Origin: Candidatus Binataceae bacterium
GTDB taxonomy: Bacteria > Desulfobacterota > Binatia > Binatales > Binataceae
DNA length: 64,000 nucleotides
NCBI GenBank assembly: GCA_036489375.1
Contig: DASXFX010000054.1
Coordinates: forward strand, 210 to 64,209
Direction of reading: 5' to 3'
Made by a program: the position numbers and the translations under genes. Position 1 is the first letter of the stretch. The number at the start of each line of letters is the position of its first letter. Shown here piece by piece: positions 1 to 9,500 of this stretch. The notes under the pieces were generated by a model. It saw only the letters and a list, made by a program, of their open reading frames with translations. It was not told the origin of the DNA and searched no databases.

Positions 1-1
1 A

Positions 2-94
2 CGCGGCATCTTCAGAGAATGGAAGCGCGTCATGACGGGACGCGAAGCCGAGTCGGAACTGGTGGAAGGCGCGCGGTTGGCCGCCGCGGATTGA
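2..94 (+). CDS. 3' end of a CDS cut by the window edge, possibly the alpha subunit of the ring-hydroxylating oxygenase whose beta subunit follows
   Basis: The frame is open from nt 2 (RGIFREWKRVMTGREAESELVEGARLAAAD) and ends at TGA 92-94, 16 nt before the beta-subunit start. The identity is inferred from position only. Confidence 0.3.
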   Translation, partial: RGIFREWKRVMTGREAESELVEGARLAAAD

Positions 95-110
95 GCGGAG
101 CGTAACGAGG

Positions 111-581
111 GTGGAAAGCCAGCGCGAGCGGATCGAGTCGTTCCTCTACTATGAGGCGCGCCTTATCGACGAGCATAAGTACGACGAATGGCTGTCGTTG
201 TGGACCAGGGACGCGCTCTACTGGGTACCGTGTAATTCGGACGACGCCGATCCGGCCCGGCAGGCGATGATCATTTACGACGACCGCGGCCGGCTGGAAG
301 AGCGCATCTTGCGGCTGACGGGCACCTCGGCATGGGCGCAGCAGCCGCGCTCGCGGACGCGACGACTGTTATCGAATATCGAATTCCGCGAAGTCGAAGG
401 CGGCTACGCGGTCGAAGCGAACTTTATCCTCGCGGAGATTCGGCGCTCGAAGCAGGACATTTTCGCCGGCCGCGCACTTTATACGCTGCGCGATAACGGC
501 GAGAGCTTCAGTATCGCGGTGAAGAAGGTGCTGTTGCTGAACAACGACGATCCCATCGACAATCTTACCTTCATCGTTTGA
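111..581 (+). CDS. aromatic ring-hydroxylating dioxygenase beta subunit (SnoaL-like fold)
   Basis: 156 aa. The N-terminal FLYYEARLIDEHKYDEWLSLWTRDALYWVP is typical of the Ring_hydroxyl_B family. Confidence 0.8.
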   Translation: MESQRERIESFLYYEARLIDEHKYDEWLSLWTRDALYWVPCNSDDADPARQAMIIYDDRGRLEERILRLTGTSAWAQQPRSRTRRLLSNIEFREVEGGYAVEANFILAEIRRSKQDIFAGRALYTLRDNGESFSIAVKKVLLLNNDDPIDNLTFIV

Positions 582-766
582 ACGAGAGATGGATCGTGCG
601 CCTCAAGAGTGCTGCGCGACCGTTCGAGTCCGCTGGCGACAAGGACCTGCTAGCTCTCGCTAGAACTCAAGTATGTAACTAGCTCAGCTCCGCCGACTCA
701 GTCTTCGGCTGCAACGAGTCCATCTTGAATTTGTAAGTGATCGTCCTTGCCGGGTTGCCAGGGCGG

Positions 767-1774
767 CTACTTCATGGCGGTCTGCTTTGGATGGGACAAG
801 GCGGCAGGATTTGCTATGCGAATCGGCGCACCGCCGGCGAAAGCCAACACGGCGTCGAGCGTATCGGTGTAGAAAGCTCTCAAAGTTTCGTGCGTGACGT
901 AACCTAAATGCGGAGTGATGGTGACGTTATCCATCGTGCGGAAAGGATGGTCGGCGGGCGGCGGTTCGGTATCGAAGACATCGATACCCGCCCCCGCGAT
1001 GCGGCCGGTTCGGAGCGCCGCTATCAGATCGGCCTCGGTGACGATCGGCCCGCGCGAGGTATTGATCAGATAGGAAGTAGGTTTCATCAGCGCGAGTTCG
1101 CGGGCTGTTACCAGGCCGCGAGTCCGATCGCTTAGCACGACATGGATCGAGAGGACGTCGGAGAGGCGGAAGAGATCGTCCTTCTCGACGCGCCGCACAC
1201 CGACCGCCGCAGCGGCTTCCTCGGTAAGATTCTGACTCCACGCGATCACCGGCATCTCGAAGGCATGCGCATAGGTGGCCATCCGCTTGCCGATGCGACC
1301 GAGTCCGAGAAGGCCGAGCGTGCGACCCGCCAGGATCGTCCCCATCGTGGTTTGCCATCCACCCGCGCGCATCTGCCGGCTCGCGAGATCGAAGTGACGG
1401 ACCACGGCGATCATCAGTCCCCACGTCAGTTCCGGAGTTGCATTGAAGATGCCCGCGAAGATCGGGTTGGCGAAATTGGAATGCGCGACGATCACGCCGT
1501 GGTCAGTGGCGGCCTCCATATCGAGGTTGGGCAGGGTCAACCCGACGATGGTCACGAGTTTGAGATTAGGCAGGCGCTCAAACAAGGTACGCGGCAGACT
1601 CATCCGCTCGCGGACGGTGCAGAGGACATCGAAGGGCCGTAGCAACGAGGCCGCTTCGTCCTCGGAGAGATGGCGATCGAAGACAGTGATTTCGGCCGTC
1701 CCTGTGAGTACTGACCAGTTGGCGGACTGAAGCGCGACGTTGGCGTAATCGTCGAGAATCGCGATCTTTAGCAT
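767..1774 (-). CDS. D-isomer-specific 2-hydroxyacid dehydrogenase, NAD-binding
   Basis: It has the Rossmann motif GRTLGLLGLGRIGKRMA and a C-terminal GAGIDVFDTEPP...TPHLGY. I prefer the internal start MLKIAILDDY to the longer ORF that starts at 1834. Confidence 0.85.
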   Translation of the reverse strand: MLKIAILDDYANVALQSANWSVLTGTAEITVFDRHLSEDEAASLLRPFDVLCTVRERMSLPRTLFERLPNLKLVTIVGLTLPNLDMEAATDHGVIVAHSNFANPIFAGIFNATPELTWGLMIAVVRHFDLASRQMRAGGWQTTMGTILAGRTLGLLGLGRIGKRMATYAHAFEMPVIAWSQNLTEEAAAAVGVRRVEKDDLFRLSDVLSIHVVLSDRTRGLVTARELALMKPTSYLINTSRGPIVTEADLIAALRTGRIAGAGIDVFDTEPPPADHPFRTMDNVTITPHLGYVTHETLRAFYTDTLDAVLAFAGGAPIRIANPAALSHPKQTAMK

Positions 1775-1906
1775 CGATTGGCGTCCTTGGGTGGAGTTGC
1801 CCATATCCTTAAACTTTTCCCTCCACGGCTCCAAATGGAGAGGAGCGAGCTTGTCATTAACTATATCGTTCGATATAGTTTAAGCAGTCCTTTTGGAGGT
1901 ATCTTT

Positions 1907-2467
1907 ATGATGAATTGCGGTCCGTACTCAGGGCACTCACGTTTCGGTCGGCGGGCGCATTGGCATGGCTTCGGGATGATGTCGGGTCGGTTCTTTGGGC
2001 CGGGCGAAGTGCGCCTGGCGCTGCTTTCGCTGTTGGCCGACGAACCGATGCATGGCTACGAGCTGATGAAGCGGTTGGAGGAGCGATCGGGGGGGATTTA
2101 CCGGGCGAGCGCCGGCACGATTTATCCCACGCTGCAACAGCTTGAGGACGAGGGCCATATCGTTTCGGAGACGGTCGAAGGCAAGCGCGTTTACAAGCTG
2201 ACGGAAGCTGGACGGAGCGAACTCCATGAGCGCGACGAAACCGTGCGACAGATTTGGCGGCGGGCGCGGCGCTGGGAGGATTGGCGCGGGGCGATGGATC
2301 CGGACAGTGCCGAGATCAAGGGTCCGGCCGAGCGCCTGGTGAAGGCGGCATTCCGCGCGGTCGCGGGCGAGCAGGCGGCGCAACGAATCGAGCGGGTGCG
2401 CGAAATCCTTTTGCGCGCGTTGCGCGAGATCGAGGAGCTGGGAGGACGCAGCGGCGGCTCGCACTGA
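1907..2467 (+). CDS. PadR-family transcriptional regulator
   Basis: The winged-helix signature is LLSLLADEPMHGYELMKRLEERSGGIYRASAGTIYPTLQQLEDEGHI. The start is uncertain; the ORF is open from 1778. Confidence 0.85.
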   Translation: MMNCGPYSGHSRFGRRAHWHGFGMMSGRFFGPGEVRLALLSLLADEPMHGYELMKRLEERSGGIYRASAGTIYPTLQQLEDEGHIVSETVEGKRVYKLTEAGRSELHERDETVRQIWRRARRWEDWRGAMDPDSAEIKGPAERLVKAAFRAVAGEQAAQRIERVREILLRALREIEELGGRSGGSH

Positions 2468-2603
2468 GCATACCAGCGACGATCGCCGCTTCGCGTTGGC
2501 ATGCTGTTACGTCGCGTCCGCGACGGTTGCTCCAGTACGTTCGCAACCGTTCAATCGCCAGCGAGCGGCGCGATGGCAGCGCGTCGCGTTGGCAGATTGC
2601 GGC

Positions 2604-3392
2604 TCAGCGGCCCTTGAAATCGGGTTTGCGGCGTTCACGCCAGGCGCGGTGGCCCTCGGTCTTATCCTCGGTCATTTCGAGCGCCATGAAGCGATAGAGA
2701 TCTGCATGCGCCGCTTCGTCGAGCGGAACGTTGAGGCCGGAATTGAGCGACTCTTTCGCCACACGCGCGGCCAGCGGTGAGAGAGACGCGATGTGATCCG
2801 CAACCTTCATCGCCTGCGCCATCAGATCGTCGTGCGGAACGAGCCATTGGGCAAGGCCGACGCGATAGGCCTCGGCGGCGGGCAACGGGAATCCGAGCGC
2901 GAGGCGCATCGCGAGACCTTTGCCAATCCATCGCGCGGCGCGCAGCGCGCCACCCTGCGCGGGCAGGATGCCGAGGGCGACCTGGGGCAGGCGCCATTCG
3001 GCGCGGTCCGATGCGACAATCAAATCGCAACAAAAAGTGAGAATGCAGCCAATCCCGATCGCGTAACCGTTGACGGCGGCGACGATCGGCTTGGCGAACT
3101 CCGAGGTCAATACAATCGGACTAGAGCGCCGGCGGCGCGGGAGGCCCTCGATGAAGTTCGCGACCGAACTCTCAGTATGGGTTCGGGGATTCTTGAGGTC
3201 GGCGCCCGCACTGAAAGCGCCACCGCGATCGTCGCCGGTTAGAATGACGCAGCGAACGTCCTGGTCATCCTCGAGCTGAGGCAGTCGTTCCTGCAAGCCG
3301 ATCGCAAAATCGTTGCTCCAGGCGTTGCGCGCTTCAGGACGGCTCAGAGTCAAAATGGCGATGTGGCCGCGCTTCTCGTAAAGTAGTGGCAT
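2604..3392 (-). CDS. enoyl-CoA hydratase/isomerase (crotonase family)
   Basis: 262 aa, with LTLSRPEARNAW, FSAGADLK and AAVNGYAIGIGC crotonase motifs. Confidence 0.9.
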   Translation of the reverse strand: MPLLYEKRGHIAILTLSRPEARNAWSNDFAIGLQERLPQLEDDQDVRCVILTGDDRGGAFSAGADLKNPRTHTESSVANFIEGLPRRRRSSPIVLTSEFAKPIVAAVNGYAIGIGCILTFCCDLIVASDRAEWRLPQVALGILPAQGGALRAARWIGKGLAMRLALGFPLPAAEAYRVGLAQWLVPHDDLMAQAMKVADHIASLSPLAARVAKESLNSGLNVPLDEAAHADLYRFMALEMTEDKTEGHRAWRERRKPDFKGR

Positions 3393-3524
3393 CGATATTT
3401 CCTCTCAGGTTGTCGGCTGACAGTTGCGCAATCGTCGCGAGTTCCAAGTTTCGACACTCCGACTATTGCTCTTATCGGGCGTCATCTTGTCATTGTCAAT
3501 TATCCAACGGAGAGTGAGCCGCGC

Positions 3525-4292
3525 ATGAACCGGGTGCCGAAGATCGAATTCAACAAAGTTCCGGAAGTCACGCTGGCGTTCTGGATCATCAAAATCGCAG
3601 CAACGACGCTGGGTGAGACGGCTGGAGATGCGGTAACGATGACGATGCACATGGGTTACGCGATCGGCACGGCGATTTTCTTTACGTTATTCGTCATCAC
3701 CGCGGCGGCTCAGATCACGGCAAGGGCGTTTCATCCATTTCTCTACTGGGCAGTGATCGTCACTACCACCACCGTCGGTACGACGATGGCGGACTATGCG
3801 GATCGTTCGATTGGGCTCGGATATGTCGGCGGAACGCTTATCCTCTTCACGATCTTGATGGCTACGCTGGGAATCTGGCGATTCTCGATGGGGTCGGTGT
3901 CGGTCAACAATATCGATTCGCCCAAGGCCGAAATGTTCTATTGGGTGACGATTTTGTTTTCGAACACGCTCGGCACTGCGCTGGGCGACTTTCTGGCGGA
4001 CTCCGGGCCCGGGTATGAAGGCGGCGCGCTGGTATTCGCGGGCGCATTGCTATTGGTAGCGGCCGCATATTTCTATTCGAAGGCGTCGCATACTTTGTTG
4101 TTCTGGCTAGCGTTCATTCTGACGCGGCCCCTGGGCGCGACGGTGGGCGATCTGCTGACGAAGCCGCATGCTAACGGCGGCTTCGATCTCGGCCGTATCA
4201 GCTCGTCGCTAATCCTCGCGATTCTGATGATCGCGCTTATCGTGTTCACGCCGCAGAGAGCGGGAAGTCATCCCACCGCGGCGCCATCCTGA
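3525..4292 (+). CDS. polytopic membrane protein of unknown function (COG4705-like)
   Basis: 255 aa with 7-8 hydrophobic helices. The FWIIKIAATTLGETAGD motif recurs in degenerate form near the C-terminus (LTRPLGATVGD). The family assignment is from memory only. Confidence 0.55.
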   Translation: MNRVPKIEFNKVPEVTLAFWIIKIAATTLGETAGDAVTMTMHMGYAIGTAIFFTLFVITAAAQITARAFHPFLYWAVIVTTTTVGTTMADYADRSIGLGYVGGTLILFTILMATLGIWRFSMGSVSVNNIDSPKAEMFYWVTILFSNTLGTALGDFLADSGPGYEGGALVFAGALLLVAAAYFYSKASHTLLFWLAFILTRPLGATVGDLLTKPHANGGFDLGRISSSLILAILMIALIVFTPQRAGSHPTAAPS

Positions 4293-4413
4293 GCGGACGG
4301 TGGGAAAAGGGCTAGCGGGAACCGAGTCTCTGAGGGGGCCCAGCGTTTCGGGTTGTTAATTCTTGGGTAGGTCGATTAGATTTCCGAAGACGATCCCTGG
4401 ATGAGGAGAAATC

Positions 4414-5238
4414 ATGGGCAAGCTCGACGGAAAAGTCGCAGTAATAACAGGCTCCGCCAGCGGCATGGGACGCGCGACCGCGCTGCGTTTCGCGAAAGAA
4501 GGCGCCGCAGTGGTGATAGCCGATCTGAACTCGCAAGCGGGCGAAGCGACCGTCTCTGAAATAGCGGCGGGCGGCGGGCGCGCGGTCTTTCAACACACGG
4601 ACGTAGGCAGTGATGCGGCTATCAAGGCGCTGATCGATCGCGCAGTGAGCGAGTACGGACGGCTCGATATCACATACAACAATGCGGGCATCGGTGGAGC
4701 TACCGGTCGGCTCGAGGACACTACGGCGCCGGACTGGGACAAGAGTTTCGTAATTTTGACGCGCGCGGTTTTCCTCGGCATCAAGTATTCGATCGAGCCG
4801 ATGCGCAAGGTGGGCGGCGGATCGATCATTTCGACCTCGTCGGTGGCCGGACTGCGCGGAGTGGCCGGACTGCATGCGTACAGCGCCGCGAAGGCAGCGG
4901 TGGTGAGCCTCACGGAAAGCGCCGCCATCGAGCTGGGCCGCGACCGTATACGAGTGAATTGCATCTGCCCCGGTGGGATCCTGACGCCGTTGGTGTATCG
5001 CGGGATGCGTGGCGGCGAGGATGCGGCGCGCGTCAGCATGGCGAAGTCGCAACCAATTCCACGCGCCGGACGGCCCGAGGACATTGCGGCGATGGCGCTG
5101 TTCCTTGCGAGCGACGACGCCGAATGGATCACTGGCACGTCGATGGTAGTCGATGGCGGCATGAATACCGGCAACACCCGCATCAAGTTTGGCACGGGTT
5201 TCTCGGGACCTTCTTTCGAAAGGGCGGATCGAAGCTAG
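4414..5238 (+). CDS. SDR-family oxidoreductase
   Basis: It has GKVAVITGSASGMGRA (TGxxxGxG), NNAG and YSAAKAAV (YxxxK). Confidence 0.9.
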   Translation: MGKLDGKVAVITGSASGMGRATALRFAKEGAAVVIADLNSQAGEATVSEIAAGGGRAVFQHTDVGSDAAIKALIDRAVSEYGRLDITYNNAGIGGATGRLEDTTAPDWDKSFVILTRAVFLGIKYSIEPMRKVGGGSIISTSSVAGLRGVAGLHAYSAAKAAVVSLTESAAIELGRDRIRVNCICPGGILTPLVYRGMRGGEDAARVSMAKSQPIPRAGRPEDIAAMALFLASDDAEWITGTSMVVDGGMNTGNTRIKFGTGFSGPSFERADRS

Positions 5239-5373
5239 TCGAAGGGGCGACGCAATGGCCGATTGATGACGACCAACTGGCGCTGGCTGGTATCGGTCGC
5301 GGATCTGGACCGCAGGCGCGATTGGCAGGGTCTCTAGTCGAGTGCCGCGCGCTCTCCGGGGAGAAACACAACG

Positions 5374-6372
5374 ATGCGCTTTGGCCTGACCACTGATTTC
5401 CGAAATCCGCCGGGCTCCGGCAAGAGCACGGCATCGGTGTACGCCGAGATAATCGAGATGTTCGTCTGGGCGGAGACGCTTGGCTTCGATGCCGCCTACA
5501 TCTTCGAACATCACTTCACCGACGACGACTACATCTCGTCGCCGATGGTCGCAGCGACCGCGATTGCGGCGCGCACGAAGCGTATGCGCATCGGCCCGGA
5601 TATCGCGATACTGCCGCTGTATGAGCCCGTCCGCGTCGCAGAGGACGGCGCGGTGCTCGATCTGATCTCGAACGGACGCCTCGATTTTGGCGTGGGGTTG
5701 GGCTACCGGCCGCAAGAATACGCAGGCTACGGACTGGACATCGCTCGCAAGGGTTCGCGCGCCAACGAAGCCCTGCAAATCATTCGCTCCCTGTGGCAGG
5801 GCGAGACCGTCACCTTCCACGGCAAGCACTTCAAGGTCGAAGGCGCCAGGCTTTCGCCTCTTCCAGTACAGCAGCCGAATCCGCCCATCTGGGTAGGAGG
5901 CTTCAGTCGAGGGGCGACACGTCGTGCTGCGCGTTATGGCGATGGCTATGTAGGACCTTCGAATCACGCAATCTACCAGATGTACCTTGAGGAGTTGCGC
6001 GCTGCCGGCAAGGATCCAGCAAAGGCGCGCGTGATGGGCGGCGACATGTGGCTAGTCGTCACTGAGGATCCCGATCGAACATTCGCGACCTATGCACCTC
6101 ATCTCCTTTACTGGTTCAACTCGTATTCGAAATGGTTCGAAGGCACCGACACCAGTCCGTGGCCGCATCTCAATAATGCCGAAGATCTGCTCGCCAAGGG
6201 GCTCGTCAATGTTGTGACGCCAGCGGATGCGGTGAACCTGATTAAGGCTCGCATCGCTGAAGTTCCGGTTGAGATGTACACGATGATGCTCTCGCCTCCC
6301 GGAATCGCACTTAGCGCGGTCCGGACCAGCCTCGAATTATTCGCCAAGAAGGTGATGCCGCACTTCAAGTAG
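5374..6372 (+). CDS. LLM-class (luciferase-like) flavin/F420-dependent oxidoreductase
   Basis: 332 aa. The N-terminal region and overall length resemble luciferase-like monooxygenases (ETLGFDAAYIFEHHF, GRLDFGVGLGY). Confidence 0.85.
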   Translation: MRFGLTTDFRNPPGSGKSTASVYAEIIEMFVWAETLGFDAAYIFEHHFTDDDYISSPMVAATAIAARTKRMRIGPDIAILPLYEPVRVAEDGAVLDLISNGRLDFGVGLGYRPQEYAGYGLDIARKGSRANEALQIIRSLWQGETVTFHGKHFKVEGARLSPLPVQQPNPPIWVGGFSRGATRRAARYGDGYVGPSNHAIYQMYLEELRAAGKDPAKARVMGGDMWLVVTEDPDRTFATYAPHLLYWFNSYSKWFEGTDTSPWPHLNNAEDLLAKGLVNVVTPADAVNLIKARIAEVPVEMYTMMLSPPGIALSAVRTSLELFAKKVMPHFK

Positions 6373-6528
6373 AACTCCGCCTGCCGGTTCTCTATAGAGC
6401 CGGCGATATTCCTGACGCAGCGCCGAGCACTGGCTATGCGGTCGCTTTGGCCGGAGCAATGTCTTCGACCGAAGCGACCACATAGTGCGATCGACAGGCA
6501 ATGTAGATATCCCACTTCAGCGATCTCC

Positions 6529-9500
6529 TTAGCTCGGGTTGCTAACGTGGAAGATTTTCTCGGCGATATGTTGGCCGAGGCGCCGATAGCTTTCCCATTG
6601 TGCTTCATCGAAGAACTGCTCGGCGGTGCTTTGCTGCGGGAAGGCCGGGTTAGCTGAATGGTAGTTCGTCAAATCCTGAGGTTCCTCGCCAATTAAGGTC
6701 GGCTTCAGCAGTATCAAGTAGGAAATTGCATCGGGATCATCCAGGTAGGTGACCTTCGCCAGCGCGGCATGACGAACCGACAAGCGAGTCGGGATGCTCG
6801 ACTTGAAGAAGGCATTTCGAGTGGGGCCAGAAGGGACCGGCTCGGCAGCCCATTTGCCGCGTCGCAGTTGATCCAGCGTGCCGAAGAATTTCTTCTCGAT
6901 CGGCTGGAAGTGCTTTGCCACTTCGGCCATCGCGCGATCGAAAGCATGCTTGGAGGTGTCAGGATCGACGAAATTTATTTCGGCGTTGAAGTCCAAGCGC
7001 GCCTTGCGAATCAGATTGGCGAGTTCCTCGAAGTCATAGTCCGGGTCGGCGGCAGCGTCGATCAAAACGATCACCGGCAAACGACGCCGAATCAGCTCGT
7101 AGCCGCCCAGGTCTTCGAAATGGCCGCCGTCGGAGAGATACCAATACTGGCGCGCGGTACCGTGGAAGCGGCCAAGAAACTCGTCGAGGAAGGAGGATTG
7201 CACTGGCAGCAGCCAGGCGAAGAACCAACCGACCCATTGCGTCAATTTGTGGCCGGAAGCAAGCGAACGTGTACCGGAGTCCCACCAATAGCCCAGCCGC
7301 ACATTGAAGAAACCTGTGAGGAGACTGGCGCCGAGGCTGTTGCGGCTACCGAGGCCAGTTGAGACGGCGGCGCCGGAGATAGCGGTCCAGTTGCCGAGTG
7401 AGAGTTGCTGGCCTTTGAAGCTATCGGCCTCCTTCTTCTTCCGACCAAGAAAGCGAAAGGCCTTGCGCATATTGAAGACCCGGAAGGCGTCAGGGTCTTG
7501 AGGAAAGACCGCAAACTCCGGCGTCTGAGCCGGGTCTAGTGTCTGAGCCGGGTCTGGCGGTGGCGTCTGGTTAGCTATCGGAGGCTGGTCGGGTGTCGAA
7601 GGCTGGCCATCGATCGGAGCGTGGTCAGCCAGCGGAGCCTGGTCATCGATTAGCGCTTGGCGAGCTATGGGAGGCTGGTCGGGTGTCGAAGGCTGGCTTC
7701 GTTTCGACATAAACACGATGTGATGCTGCACGCCGACGCTGAAAGCCGCCGGCCCAATCGCCATACCAACGCCTTTGCGGTCGCGTTGCTCGATTTGACT
7801 GCGCCCATCGATGGTTTCGTTGATAGTTACGTTCACCAGATGCAACGGCGCCCCGGCCTTCCAGAATCGATCTTTGGAAGGACGCCAGTACTCTTCCTGG
7901 GCGATATCGTCGCCGTCGATGGGGTCGCTGACTCCGGCAGAACTATCGTCGCCGGCGAGATGTCGATCTTTGTTGGAGGCCCCCAGGTAAGCTCGAATCA
8001 GGCGCGCGCAGTAGAGTGGGTGGAGGCTGGTTCGATTAACGAAGACCCAGGCCATTTTGCTGTTAAACGAGCCGGTGACGATTGAATACAGCACCGCGAG
8101 GATAAGAAAACCGAGTACCAGGCGGCAGCTCCGGAGGTTCGCGTGCACGCTTGCCGCCGGGGTTCCCGATTGAGGACAGGCACACGCATTTGAAGGCCCA
8201 ACACACACATTTGACGGACTGGGACATGCGTTTGAGGCGACGGAGCACAGATTTGACGGGCTGGGAGGCGCATTCGAAGCGGCAGCACGCACATTTGAGG
8301 GGCTGGGACGTGCATTTGAAGGGCCGAGAGTGGCGTTTGGACGCGCAGAAAGCGCGTTTGGTGCACCGAGAGGCGCGTTTGGCGGACTTGAATGTTCGAT
8401 TAAAGGGCCGGGAGTGGCGTTTGGACCCGTGGAAGGCGCGTTTGTTGAACCGGGAAGTGGATTAGAAGGTGAATCGTATTTCGTTATCGAAGCGCCGGCC
8501 GGGGGGCTGGTCTTTGAATTACCAGAGGCTGTGACTTGCGGTTTTGCAGAGGTGGCAACTTGCGGTTTTGCATAACTGGCAGTCAAGCGCGGGGGGGCGT
8601 CGGAGGGCGCTGCGAAGTTGTAGGCGATCGCGTGCGAAAACCCGTCGAGTGAAACCAGGAATGGCAGGTAGATGAGAAACGCTCCGACCGCGGCCAAGAG
8701 CGAAAGTGGGAGTGACGGGCCGAGGCCCTTTTTGAAAGTGAAGAAACCCTTGATCGAGTTAGCAAAGGGAACGACGCCGGCGATGCCGCCGATGATAGCG
8801 ATCAACCAATGGGCGGGCCTGAACCTGTTCGTGAATTTCAGGGCAAAGAGGGATTGTCCGACGGAATCAAGGATGGCGAAGGCAAATACGGCGAGAGTCG
8901 CAATGAAAATCAACTCAAGCCATTTGGATATTTTGGTGCGAGCCATTTCGCTCTGATCGATCAGTTGCTTGGCATCCTCAGAGACCATCAGGGTGCAGGT
9001 GGGCAACAGCAGGAATGCAAGAAAGATAAAGATCGGCAGAGAAAGGGTTTCCCTTCCGTATCCCCCCGCCGCGTAACCCAGTCCGATTGAACAAAGCGCG
9101 GTCAGTGAGAAGAAAAGATAATGCCAGAAGCCGGGAGTTGGCTGACTGCGCAGGAGTGCAATTTGCCAACAGAGAAAGGTTATTTCGACGATTACGATCG
9201 AACCGACACGTAGAATTCCGACTGGTGGAGAGAAGACGCGGTATGCGACGATTCCGGCGGCCAGCAAAAGGAGCGCGAGTGCCAGGAGGGACAGGAGTCC
9301 CTGCCACATGGTTCTGAATCCCACGTTTAGCCTAAGCCAGTTGGTGGAGATCCATTCGAGAATTATTGAAATGCGAGTCGGACCTCTCGTTTTGGTTCCG
9401 GGAGCTGGCGTTGTTACCGTGCCGGTATTTACCGTGCCCGGATCGGGCAAGGCGAATGTCCAGTAGCCCCACGCAAGCGGCAGGACGAGAAACAAACCCA

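Noticed and set aside
618-640. GTTCGAGTCC-like T-loop motif in the intergenic region after the oxygenase beta subunit
   Set aside because: The flanking bases cannot form a T-stem or acceptor stem, so there is no cloverleaf.
4312-5967. 551-aa ORF on the minus strand
   Set aside because: It lies antisense to two well-supported genes (SDR 4414-5238 and LLM 5374-6372). Its Arg/Ala/Pro-rich composition is typical of out-of-frame high-GC sequence, and it contains no recognisable motif.
8151-8465. 104-aa plus-strand ORF with a striking periodic HxHL(K/R)GW pattern
   Set aside because: The periodicity is the mirror image of the 21-bp repeat array inside the patatin-like CDS on the other strand. The flanking sequence clearly continues the 1241-aa minus-strand frame.
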